A stretch of 64,000 nt of DNA from an uncultured virus (IMG/VR IMGVR_UViG_2660238032_000003) (IMGVR_UViG_2660238032_000003); one strand, 5' to 3'. Shown: positions 9,510 to 18,942, counted from the stretch's first letter. Made by a program: numbers and translations. The notes: generated by a model not told the origin, from the sequence alone.

Positions 9510-10475
9510 ATGGCTAAGTTTAATATGATGGAATTACTTAATAATAATTCTAAGGAAAATATTAATGTTGAAAACAAGAGTCAAAAGAAGTTTAAAACAG
9601 TACCAATTAACATAAATGAGTTAAAACCATCAGATGAAAATTTTTATTCAACAGAGAATGTAGTTGAACTTAAAAATTCAATAGAGTTACTGGGTTTGCA
9701 ACAAAATCTAGTTGTAAAGAAAACAGAAGATGGCTATGAAATAATAGCAGGACACAGGAGATATAAAGCTTTAAAAATGCTTTTTGAAGAAGGAAAGAAG
9801 GACTTTGAATATGTACCTTGCAAAGTTGAGAGTGAAAAAGATGCTTTAAAAGATAAGTTGTTACTTATAATAACTAATTCAACAGCTAGAGAACTTACTG
9901 ATTATGAAAAGACAGTACAAGCTGAAAAATTAAAAGAATTGTTAACTGAATATAAGAAACAAGAAAAGATACCAGGCAGAGTAAGAGAGATAGTTGCAGA
10001 TATATTAAATACCTCTTCATCACAAATAGCTAGAATGGAAGGAATAACAAATAATCTTATTCCAGAATTTAAGGAAGAGTTTAAGGAAGCAAAAGTTAAT
10101 ATATCAGCAGCACATGAATTATCTACACTACCAGAAGAAACTCAGCAAGTAGTTTTTGAAGAATTTAAAGATAAAGGTCAACTATCAATAAAAGATGTTA
10201 GGGCCAAGAAAGAAGAGTTAAAAAAAGAAAGTGTAAGATCTAATGATAAACATATAGAAAAATCAAAGGAAGAGGTAGTTAATTTACCTAGATTTAAAAC
10301 TAATTTTGAAATAGTAAAAGATTTAACAACAGATGAACTTGCTATTTTTATATGTAGTAGGTGTAGCGGTGGAAATGGATATGCTGGATTTTGTGATCTG
10401 GCAATTGAATGTAAAGGAAATAACAAATATGAAATATGTAAAAAGTGGCTTAGAACTCAAGCACAAAATAATTAG
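9510..10475 (+). CDS. parB: ParB/Spo0J-family partition protein
   Basis: GLQQNLVV, YEIIAGHRRYKA Arg patch, HTH; ATG at 9510 follows AAGGAG. Confidence 0.9.
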   Translation: MAKFNMMELLNNNSKENINVENKSQKKFKTVPININELKPSDENFYSTENVVELKNSIELLGLQQNLVVKKTEDGYEIIAGHRRYKALKMLFEEGKKDFEYVPCKVESEKDALKDKLLLIITNSTARELTDYEKTVQAEKLKELLTEYKKQEKIPGRVREIVADILNTSSSQIARMEGITNNLIPEFKEEFKEAKVNISAAHELSTLPEETQQVVFEEFKDKGQLSIKDVRAKKEELKKESVRSNDKHIEKSKEEVVNLPRFKTNFEIVKDLTTDELAIFICSRCSGGNGYAGFCDLAIECKGNNKYEICKKWLRTQAQNN

Positions 10476-10598
10476 CTAAAATTTGCATGACTAATAACTG
10501 TTAGCACAGTAGGGATTCAGCTAATGTTAAGTTACTGCAATTTAAATAAGAGGGGAGAAAATCCCCTCTAAAATATAAAAAATAATGGGGTATGATAA

Positions 10599-10721
10599 AT
10601 GGAAAATTTAAGAGAAGAGTTATATAAAAGGATTTTACAATATGGTACTGAAGATAAAAGAGTATTGGAATTAAGTCAAAAACTAGATCCACATATAGTT
10701 AAAGAACAAAAGAAAATATGA
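10599..10721 (+). CDS. Spo0E-like aspartyl-phosphate phosphatase (40 aa)
   Basis: MENLREELYKRILQYGTEDKRVLELSQKLDPHIVKEQKKI; SQxLD signature. Confidence 0.75.
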   Translation: MENLREELYKRILQYGTEDKRVLELSQKLDPHIVKEQKKI

Positions 10722-10746
10722 TAGATGGGGAAAGAGGGGTAAAGCT

Positions 10747-10950
10747 ATGCATGGAGATTACTTTACTGTAAGTAATGATATTGGATATGTAACTAAAGTT
10801 TTATTAAATATATTTACAGTTGCATTAATTTATTATTTATTTTGTTTAACTAAAAAGTTAGAGATTAAAGAACAGCTAAAGATTATAGGTTCAGTTGTAT
10901 TATTTATTTTAGTTAGCAATTTATTATTATTAATGCAGATAATAATATGA
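10747..10950 (+). CDS. small two-TM membrane protein
   Basis: Two hydrophobic segments; GAGGGG RBS. Confidence 0.55.
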   Translation: MHGDYFTVSNDIGYVTKVLLNIFTVALIYYLFCLTKKLEIKEQLKIIGSVVLFILVSNLLLLMQIII

Positions 10951-10987
10951 GTTGATAACATACAATATGTAGATTGAAGGTGAGAGC

Positions 10988-11161
10988 ATGTATAATACAA
11001 TTTATATTGGTAATACGGTTATTTGCATAGTTAATGGTGTAATGGGAATTGTTATAAAACAATATGTTCCCACAGCTAGTGAAGAACAAACAATGATTAA
11101 GTGTGTAGATGGAAGAATATATCATGCACCAACTCGTTTATTTAAAAAAGTAAATATTTAA
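10988..11161 (+). CDS. small hypothetical phage protein (57 aa)
   Basis: AAGGTGA RBS; MYNTIYIGNTVICIVNG... Confidence 0.5.
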   Translation: MYNTIYIGNTVICIVNGVMGIVIKQYVPTASEEQTMIKCVDGRIYHAPTRLFKKVNI

Positions 11162-11189
11162 TGTAGAAGGTGTAGAGGAGAGTGAGAGT

Positions 11190-11351
11190 ATGGGATGGAT
11201 AAGTAAAAATTCTAATATAATGACTAGAAAAAAATGTGCTACTTGTGAAAATCATAAAACAAAATCAGATTTAGAACCGTGTAGAAGTTGTATTAAATTA
11301 AAGAGTGGTACAAAGTTTACAAATTATAAGAAGTCATGTGAAATAGATTAA
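11190..11351 (+). CDS. small Cys-rich phage protein (53 aa)
   Basis: CATC...CRSC; GAGGAG RBS. Confidence 0.5.
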   Translation: MGWISKNSNIMTRKKCATCENHKTKSDLEPCRSCIKLKSGTKFTNYKKSCEID

Positions 11352-11416
11352 GAGCTATTCGTAATATGTAGATTAGATATTGTGAATTAAATAAAAATAG
11401 AAAGAGGTATGAAATT

Positions 11417-11779
11417 ATGGAAAAAGTTAAATTATCAGAATTAGAAAAAGATACTATTGTTTTGGTAGATGGAAATAGTCAAATAAATACTGTTTTTGAT
11501 ATTTTGGAAGATTTTGAGGGCTTTAAAAACAAAAAAATATACACAACTAAAGAATACAAAGCAAATTTTGATGCTGAAAACATAATAAATAATGCAATCG
11601 AGAATGAATACAATAATGGAATGTACGAGGATTGGGACGATTCTATAAAGGCTTATGTTACAGAAGAAGATATCAAAGATTTACAAAAGATATTTGATAG
11701 GATATTAGCAAGAAATCCAAGTTCTAATATAGCATACGAGTCAGATAAATTAATTGATATTGATTTGGAGAAAGTATAG
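11417..11779 (+). CDS. hypothetical acidic phage protein
   Basis: 120-aa ORF with GAGGT RBS. Confidence 0.6.
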   Translation: MEKVKLSELEKDTIVLVDGNSQINTVFDILEDFEGFKNKKIYTTKEYKANFDAENIINNAIENEYNNGMYEDWDDSIKAYVTEEDIKDLQKIFDRILARNPSSNIAYESDKLIDIDLEKV

Positions 11780-11857
11780 AAGTTATGTATTTTATAGGAA
11801 AGTCGCCAAAATAAAAATTGACGACTTAGAAGAATTAGATATTCTGACAAAAGTGTA

Positions 11858-12109
11858 TTAGGACTCAACTATTTGAATAAAAGATGGGTGTATGCGATAG
11901 TCTTTGTCTAAATAATAAATATGAACATAGTCTTGTTGATACATTGTATGTTCATCTTCTTTTTTAGAAGGACTCCAAATTTCAGCATTCTCTTCCCACC
12001 ATACTAGTGGAGATGTCCTATGAGAACCAATCTTACAGTTTGGATCGTCACATAAATTAACCCAATTACCTATTAAACAAGCGTAAATATTTTTCACAAT
12101 TAAAACCAA
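11858..12109 (-). CDS. hypothetical moron protein
   Basis: 83-aa ORF with own TATAAT/hairpin leader and downstream hairpin (11799-11827). Confidence 0.55.
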   Translation of the reverse strand: MVLIVKNIYACLIGNWVNLCDDPNCKIGSHRTSPLVWWEENAEIWSPSKKEDEHTMYQQDYVHIYYLDKDYRIHPSFIQIVES

Positions 12110-12285
12110 CCTTTAGTAATTATTTCAGTTATGACAAACTGATACTTTAATTATAATAGTTGGAAAGTATACAAGCAAGTAAACTAGATTTAATGAAATA
12201 AATTGATCTTTGAAAACTGAATAGTGTGATATATACAAAATATGATATAATTAACAAAAAGATAAATCAGAATTTGTTGGAGGAT

Positions 12286-12747
12286 ATGATGAAGGATATT
12301 AAGCAATTGGTCTACCAATTTCGAGATGCTATAGATATGGCTAAGGATGAAGGGGATTTTTATAAGGACAATTCATTTCATAAATTCCCGCGTGGATGCT
12401 GTGGTGATACTAGCGATTTGTTAGCTCAATTTTTGTTGGAAAATGGTATTCAAACGTATTATGTGTGGGGTACGTATAGGGATGGTTCGCTTGAAAATAT
12501 TCAGACTCATGGATGGTTGTTGACGGATAATCATACTATTATAGATATTACTGGCGATCAGTTTAAAGATAATCAAAATTTTTTGAATTATGATAAATCA
12601 GTTTATGTAGGCATGGAGGATGATTTTCATAGACTTTTTAAAGTTGAAAACAGAAATATTCGTGAAAATTTTGGTTTAGATGCATTGGGTAGTTTTTGCC
12701 AGCCAAGGTTATATGAGTTGTATGGAAAAATCATTAAATATATTTAA
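12286..12747 (+). CDS. moron protein with putative Cys-His-Asp (papain/transglutaminase-like) triad
   Basis: FPRGCCGDTS...THGWL...IIDITGDQF; GGAGGA RBS before ATG 12286; TGnTATAAT at 12243-12251. Confidence 0.6.
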   Translation: MMKDIKQLVYQFRDAIDMAKDEGDFYKDNSFHKFPRGCCGDTSDLLAQFLLENGIQTYYVWGTYRDGSLENIQTHGWLLTDNHTIIDITGDQFKDNQNFLNYDKSVYVGMEDDFHRLFKVENRNIRENFGLDALGSFCQPRLYELYGKIIKYI

Positions 12748-12871
12748 GAAAATGTTACTCTTTTTATAGATGTATAGAATCTTATGATTTAATACTATGT
12801 TTCAATATAATATTGATAAATACAATGAAATTTTATAAATAAATATATCTGACAATTAAATAATATATTAG

Positions 12872-12920
12872 AATATCACATTATTCAAAGGAACAATAAT
12901 GAATAGTGTGATATTTTTTT
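12872..12920 (+). terminator. intrinsic terminator of the 12286 moron
   Basis: aatatcacattattca / tgaatagtgtgatatt stem followed by T tract. Confidence 0.7.
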
Positions 12921-13114
12921 GTACGTAATACTAAAATTTTATGTATTTAAAGTGAGTTTATGAGCATCTAAAATGAAAGATTATTTTAATAATTTATTTC
13001 GATATATCTGCAAGTAGTTAAATTATTATTAACTACAAGCTTCTACATCCTAAATTAGATGAAGAAGAAAATTAGAGTTTCTATTGAAACTATCAAAGAA
13101 ACTACTTTTTCTAT

Positions 13115-13198
13115 CTAGATGAAGAAAATTGATACATATATTGTAGCAATAATTATTAAAATAATTATTGCTATGTATCTAATTATCTTTTCTCTCAT
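13115..13198 (-). CDS. small hydrophobic peptide (27 aa), possible type I toxin or truncated membrane protein
   Basis: MREKIIRYIAIIILIIIATIYVSIFFI*; TATAAT ~30 bp upstream. Confidence 0.4.
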   Translation of the reverse strand: MREKIIRYIAIIILIIIATIYVSIFFI

Positions 13199-13309
13199 AA
13201 ACTCACATCAATTCTATGTAAGTTTATTATTATAAGTTTATCCAAGATTTTATTAAATATACTAACTAAACAATATAAAATATATTTAAAAGAAAGTGAG
13301 AAAAAAGCA

Positions 13310-13663
13310 ATGTTAGAAAAAGCAACGGTAACAATGCCTTATATAAAACTTAAAGAATTAATTGATAAAAATCAAGAATATAAACAAAAATTAGAAGATA
13401 TTAAAAATATAAAAACAATGGCAGAAGAAGAATTTGAGTTATATCCGTTTAAAAAGGCATTAGATTATATGTTTAATTTATTTGAAAAGGCAAGTAATCA
13501 AACAGGATCTAATGAAAAACAATATTATATATATAAATGTATGAAGAAGTACTGCAAGACTTTTGATATACCAGAAAATGAATTATTAGAAGAAGTTCCA
13601 AAAGGAAAAGATTTAAGTATTATGTTTGTAAAACCACCAAGAGGAGAAGGAGGATTAGTATGA
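13310..13663 (+). CDS. hypothetical phage protein
   Basis: 117-aa ORF coupled to next gene. Confidence 0.6.
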   Translation: MLEKATVTMPYIKLKELIDKNQEYKQKLEDIKNIKTMAEEEFELYPFKKALDYMFNLFEKASNQTGSNEKQYYIYKCMKKYCKTFDIPENELLEEVPKGKDLSIMFVKPPRGEGGLV

Positions 13664-14226
13664 ATAAATCTACATTAGAAGATAAATTAATAAACAAAAC
13701 TATAAAGAAAACTGCTAAGGAAACAGCTAAAGAAATTATTGAAGAATTTAGAAACAAGAATATGATTAGAAGAGAATTCCCTTTTTATAAGAGAGTAGAA
13801 ATATTACTTTATAATTATGAGAACTTAAAAGAAGCTATAAAACAAAAAGAAGAGGATATAGAAGATATAAAGCTAAATGGATTACCTCAAGCAAGTAAAT
13901 CAATAGTTGTTTATTCTAGTGCCAGTGGAAGTATTACTGCTGAAGATAGATACTTACAGCTTATAGAGAAATATAAAACTGAAAAGATAGAGACTCAAAG
14001 AGATTTAAATAAAATAGATAATGCATTAAATAAAATAAGAAATGATAAATACTTTAATATAATACAATTAAAATATTTAAATACAGAAGAGGAAAAATTA
14101 GATACTGATGAGAAGTTAGCAGAACGATTAAGCAAAGATAGGACAACTATATCTAGAAATAGGAAGAGGTTGATTAATAAGCTTATAACTATACTTTTTC
14201 CTGAAAGTGTAAGGGATATAATCTAA
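13660..14226 (+). CDS. RinA/ArpU-like late transcription activator
   Basis: C-terminal sigma-4-like HTH (IIQLKY...LAERLSKDRTTISRNRKRLI); last early gene before packaging module. Confidence 0.7.
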   Translation: MNKSTLEDKLINKTIKKTAKETAKEIIEEFRNKNMIRREFPFYKRVEILLYNYENLKEAIKQKEEDIEDIKLNGLPQASKSIVVYSSASGSITAEDRYLQLIEKYKTEKIETQRDLNKIDNALNKIRNDKYFNIIQLKYLNTEEEKLDTDEKLAERLSKDRTTISRNRKRLINKLITILFPESVRDII

Positions 14227-14427
14227 TTTGCACATTCCATGCACATTTCGTGCTATTGTGAGTATCAATTATATATAGTAAGATGATATTAGAAAATATT
14301 ATAAATTAAGGATATTAAATAATAATATACAATAAAATATGATAATTACCACATAATAATCATAAAGCTCTGTGCAATCTAATTATTTAGATTGCATGGA
14401 GCTTTGCTTATTTAAGAAGGAGGCTTA

Positions 14428-14637
14428 GTGATGAAAAGAAAAAGAGTAAGATTAAATGTAAAGTTTAGTGGAGATAAAATATGTTGTGCTAAGTCTCCAG
14501 AAATATGTGGTAAGTGTAAAGAACTTAACAAGTGCGAACTATTAGACATGTATTATTATCCATATGATGATATTAAAGAATGCATGAGGCATGATAGCTA
14601 TAAGAGGGAACGTGGAGCACTTAAACAAAGAAAATAG
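14428..14637 (+). CDS. small Cys-containing phage protein
   Basis: 69-aa ORF ending ...HDSYKRERGALKQRK directly before the packaging region. Confidence 0.6.
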   Translation: MMKRKRVRLNVKFSGDKICCAKSPEICGKCKELNKCELLDMYYYPYDDIKECMRHDSYKRERGALKQRK

Positions 14638-14654
14638 GTGTTTTATTTTTTGCC

Positions 14655-14745
14655 TTAAGGTACTTTACAGGGGGGTGACCCAATACGGGTCTAGCGATGC
14701 CCAGTTTTCATCTTTTTATGAAAAAATTTTTTAGGGTACTTCCTT
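14655..14745. other. candidate cos/packaging-initiation region
   Basis: GC-rich patch (gggggg, cgggtc, gcgatgccc) with repeated ggtactt immediately upstream of a lambda-type terS. Confidence 0.45.
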
Positions 14746-14810
14746 CCTCTTTTTAGTATTCGAATTATTTTATTTTGATTAAAAATAATTATGAAAAAAT
14801 TGTTTGAGAA

Positions 14811-15344
14811 TTGGAGTGTAATTTTGGAATGAATGTAAATCAAAAAGAGCTTGCAAATATTTTAGGAATCACATCTCGAAGGGTTAGACAATTAAGAGAA
14901 GAAGGTTTCTTTTCATTCGCTGAAAATGGTAAAAAATATTCACTTGAAAAATGTGTTCAGGAGTATATTGAATATAAAGTAAAAGCGGAAACAAATACGG
15001 GTACATCTATAGATAGAGAAAAGGAACAGGCAGAGCATGAACAAATAAAGAAAAATATATCAAAATTGAAGCTTAGAAAATTAAAAAAAGAACTTCATGA
15101 AGCTTCAGATGTTGAATTATTTTTAAGTGAAATGCTAATAAATTTTAGAAACAGAGTATTATCTATTCCAAGTAAGATTGCAGTGCAGATACTTGGAGAA
15201 GAAGATATAAATAGAATAATAGAGATATTGCAAAAAGAGATGTATGAAACATTAGAAGAACTATCTGAATATAATCCAGATAAGATTAATAGAGAGAAAA
15301 ACTATGATTCTGATGAAGATTATGAGGAGGATGATGAAGATTAA
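14811..15344 (+). CDS. terS: terminase small subunit (Nu1-like)
   Basis: N-terminal wHTH VNQKELANILGITSRRVRQL then coiled coil; precedes terL. Confidence 0.85.
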   Translation: MECNFGMNVNQKELANILGITSRRVRQLREEGFFSFAENGKKYSLEKCVQEYIEYKVKAETNTGTSIDREKEQAEHEQIKKNISKLKLRKLKKELHEASDVELFLSEMLINFRNRVLSIPSKIAVQILGEEDINRIIEILQKEMYETLEELSEYNPDKINREKNYDSDEDYEEDDED

Positions 15345-15363
15345 ATAAAAATAAGGTGATGAT

Positions 15364-17208
15364 ATGGGAAATGAAAAGATACGTTCAAGAGAAAAGACAA
15401 GTAATTTATTCAGTAGAGTATTAAAACGTACTCTTGCAAAGCCTGAACAACTAACTGTAAGTCAATGGGCAGAAAAATATAGAGTACTTGATGAATCAAG
15501 TTCAATTCCTGGTAAATGGTCAAATGATGTTACACCATATTTAATTGAAATCATGGATAGTTTTAATGATCCTTACATTGAACACATAAATTTTTGTAAA
15601 CCAACTCAAGTTGGTGGAACAGAAGCATTATTAAATGAAATTGGGTGGATAATAACACAAAATCCTAGTCCTACAATGATTGTTTATCCTACTGATGACC
15701 TTGCAAAAGATATATCTAATGATAAATTGAAGCCAGCATTTTTAAAAAGTCCTTCTCTTAAAGAAAGATTTTTAGAAAATCAATCTAAAGAACTTTCTTT
15801 AAAATTTAAAGGAATGAATTTATATCTAAGAGGTGCTAATTCTCCAAGTAAACTTGCATCTAAAGCTATTAAGTTTTTGATGTTTGATGAAATAGATAAG
15901 ATGAGTGGAGCATCTAAGAAAGAAGCTTCACCATATGATCTAGCAATAGAACGTACAAAAACATTTAAACATTCTAAAAAAATATATTCATGTTCTACTC
16001 CAACTCTAAAAAATAATTATGTTTGGAGAATACATGAAGCAGCAGAAGAACAGAGACACTATTTTGTTCCATGTCCACATTGTGGTGAAATGATAGAACT
16101 TAAATGGAGTCAGGTTATTTTTGAGAAGGATAAAGAAAGTAAATTAACTATATCTGAAAGAGCTGCAACAGCTAAATATATATGTCAAGAATGTGGATGT
16201 TTGATTGAAGATAGAGAAAAGCCTAAGATGTTAAGACTTGGACAATGGAAGAGCATAAATAAAAAATGTGTAGGAAAGCCTAAAACAGTGTCATTTTGGC
16301 TTAATTCTTTATACAGTATATTTGTAACATGGGAAGATATGGCCAAAAAGTTTTTGGAATCTCGAGATGATCCTGACCAACTACAAAATTTTATAAATTC
16401 ATGGCTGGCAGAACCTTGGGAAGATACAAAATTAAAAACAAATGCTGATTTAGTATTAGATAGACAAACTGAATATGAAGAGTTCATTGTACCATCGTGG
16501 GCAAAAATGCTTACAGGTGGAGTAGATGTTCAAGAAAATTGCTTGTATTGGAGTATAAGAGCTTGGGGTAATTTTATAACAAGTCAAAATATATGTCATG
16601 GACAGGCTTTTTCTTTTGCAGAAATAGAAAAAATAATGAATTTAGAATATTGTAAAAAAGATGGAACAAAAATGGTTGTTAATTTAACATTAATGGATTC
16701 AGGATATGATTCAGATTCAGTTTATGATTTTGCATCAAGTAATTCCGAGTGGTGTTTACCAGTTAAGGGTGCATCTAATCCACAACTATCACATTATAAG
16801 CTTTCAAAAGTAAATAAATCAGAATCTAAAGCATATGGAATGAACTTAGTTATTGTTGATGGTGGTAAATATAAAGATATGATTGCTGGACGTATGAAAA
16901 AAGATAATGGTAAGGGAGCGTGGATGGTTTACAAAGGATGTGACAGAGAATATGCAGAACAGGTTACAGCTGAACATAAAGTAAATGTTAAAAGTGGAAA
17001 TAGAACCGTACAACAATGGGTATTAAAGAAATCACATGCAGATAATCATTATTTAGATACAGAAGTTTATGCATTAGCTGCAGCTGATGTATTAGGAGTA
17101 AGAACATTGCATTTAGAAGATAATGAAGAAGTACATGAAAAATCAAAACAAGATGAACAATATGCACCAGAAGAGGGTTGGATTAAAGAAAATGAAAAAT
17201 GGATATAA
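15364..17208 (+). CDS. terL: terminase large subunit (lambda GpA family)
   Basis: KPTQVGGTE Walker A variant, MFDEID Walker B, STPT, CPHCG zinc finger, GVDVQ nuclease, NHYLDTEVYA. Confidence 0.95.
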   Translation: MGNEKIRSREKTSNLFSRVLKRTLAKPEQLTVSQWAEKYRVLDESSSIPGKWSNDVTPYLIEIMDSFNDPYIEHINFCKPTQVGGTEALLNEIGWIITQNPSPTMIVYPTDDLAKDISNDKLKPAFLKSPSLKERFLENQSKELSLKFKGMNLYLRGANSPSKLASKAIKFLMFDEIDKMSGASKKEASPYDLAIERTKTFKHSKKIYSCSTPTLKNNYVWRIHEAAEEQRHYFVPCPHCGEMIELKWSQVIFEKDKESKLTISERAATAKYICQECGCLIEDREKPKMLRLGQWKSINKKCVGKPKTVSFWLNSLYSIFVTWEDMAKKFLESRDDPDQLQNFINSWLAEPWEDTKLKTNADLVLDRQTEYEEFIVPSWAKMLTGGVDVQENCLYWSIRAWGNFITSQNICHGQAFSFAEIEKIMNLEYCKKDGTKMVVNLTLMDSGYDSDSVYDFASSNSEWCLPVKGASNPQLSHYKLSKVNKSESKAYGMNLVIVDGGKYKDMIAGRMKKDNGKGAWMVYKGCDREYAEQVTAEHKVNVKSGNRTVQQWVLKKSHADNHYLDTEVYALAAADVLGVRTLHLEDNEEVHEKSKQDEQYAPEEGWIKENEKWI

Positions 17209-17223
17209 AGGCAGGTTATTAAT

Positions 17224-17448
17224 ATGGATGAAAACAATCTTTCAGCAAAAGAAATGCTTGCTGAAGTAGATAAGGCTATATATAAAGTTTTAGTTGGTGG
17301 ACAATCTTATAAGATTGGTTCAAGACAACTTACAAGAGCTGATTTGAAAATGCTTAAGGAAATGAAAGATGATCTTATGGCACAAGTTGCACAAAATGAA
17401 AGTAATCTATTAGATGATACGTATGTAGCAGTATTTTCAGGAAGGTAG
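17224..17448 (+). CDS. head completion protein (gpW-like)
   Basis: GQSYKIGSRQLTRADL motif; between terL and portal. Confidence 0.75.
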   Translation: MDENNLSAKEMLAEVDKAIYKVLVGGQSYKIGSRQLTRADLKMLKEMKDDLMAQVAQNESNLLDDTYVAVFSGR

Positions 17449-18942
17449 GTGATAAAAATGAATTGGCTAGATGGATTAATTGGTTTTATATCACCCGAAT
17501 GGGGCGTTAAACGTGAAGCTTATAGACAATACTTAGGAGAAATAAGACACTATGATGCTGGAAGTTATGGTAGGAATAATGCTAATTGGAAAACTACAAA
17601 TCAGTCAGCAGAAATGACGGATAGATTTAGTCGAGACAATGTGAGAGCTAGATGTAGAGATCTTGAAAGAAATTCAGATATTATGAATTCTGTTGTAGGA
17701 GCATTTAAAAGAAATGTCATAGGTGGTGGTTATACTCTACAAGCTAGAAGCATAGATGAAGAATTAAGTCAAAAGATAGAAAATACATGGAAACTATGGT
17801 GTAAAAAAGATAATTGTGATGTGACAGGAAGTCAAAGTTTTAATCAAATGATACGAATGGCTGTTGAAAGAAAAAAAATTGATGGAGGAATATTATTTCT
17901 AAAAAGATATACAAAAGATGGTATTATTCCTTTTAAACTTCAAACTATAGAAGTTGATGAACTAGATACTGCACAGATGGTACCTAAAGTTGATAAAAAT
18001 AAGGTGGTAGGAGGAATTGAATATAACGCTTATAACAAACCAGTTGGATATTGGGTCAAACAATATAGTATTGATGGATATACTGTAGAAAATCCAATTT
18101 ATATTGAAGATAAATATGTTATATTTTATTATTCTAAAAAAAGACCATCACAAATAAGAGAAATGTCTGATATGTCATCAACTATAACTAGGATAAGAGA
18201 TGCAAATGAGTTTATGACAGCAGTATCTGTTAAAGAAAGGATAGCAGCATGTTTATCAGTTTTTATAAAAAAACAAATACCTACTACTGGAATTGGTAGA
18301 GGGGCAACAGGATCAGTTCAAAACAAACATGATTATGAAGGAAAAACTATTTCACCTGGTATGATAAAAGAATTAAATGCAGGTGATGAAATACAAGTTG
18401 TTAACCCATCAGGACAGAGTGCAGATGCAACAAGTTATATAAAACTTCAACAAAGATTAGTTGGAGCAGGACAAGGTATAAGTTATGAAGCTACATCTAG
18501 AGATATGTCTGAAACAAATTATTCTTCAGCTAGGCAAGGGAGTATAGAGGATGGATTAACATATGCTGAGGAAATTGAACTCTTAATTGAAAATGTACTA
18601 GATGAGGTTTATGAAACATTTATTATATCTGGTTATTTAAGTGGAATGTTTGATTTTAAAGATTTTTGGAATAAAAAAGACGATTATCTTAAGCATGAAT
18701 GGATACAAGCTCCAAAGAAATGGATAGATCCATTGAAAGAAGCTAATTCAAATAGAATAGCATTACAAACAGGACAAAAAACATTTAAGCAAATAGCAGC
18801 AGAAAACGGAAAGGATTGGAAGGAACAAATAGAAGAGATGAAGGATGTTTTAGATTATGCAAAATCAAAAGGAATAGACTTAGGAGGTGTTATTTTTGAT
18901 AAAGACAAAGAGGCATTATATGTTGAGAACATTAAAAAATAA
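17449..18942 (+). CDS. portal protein (lambda family)
   Basis: RARCRDLERN, NYSSARQG, WIDPLKE motifs. Confidence 0.93.
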   Translation: MIKMNWLDGLIGFISPEWGVKREAYRQYLGEIRHYDAGSYGRNNANWKTTNQSAEMTDRFSRDNVRARCRDLERNSDIMNSVVGAFKRNVIGGGYTLQARSIDEELSQKIENTWKLWCKKDNCDVTGSQSFNQMIRMAVERKKIDGGILFLKRYTKDGIIPFKLQTIEVDELDTAQMVPKVDKNKVVGGIEYNAYNKPVGYWVKQYSIDGYTVENPIYIEDKYVIFYYSKKRPSQIREMSDMSSTITRIRDANEFMTAVSVKERIAACLSVFIKKQIPTTGIGRGATGSVQNKHDYEGKTISPGMIKELNAGDEIQVVNPSGQSADATSYIKLQQRLVGAGQGISYEATSRDMSETNYSSARQGSIEDGLTYAEEIELLIENVLDEVYETFIISGYLSGMFDFKDFWNKKDDYLKHEWIQAPKKWIDPLKEANSNRIALQTGQKTFKQIAAENGKDWKEQIEEMKDVLDYAKSKGIDLGGVIFDKDKEALYVENIKK

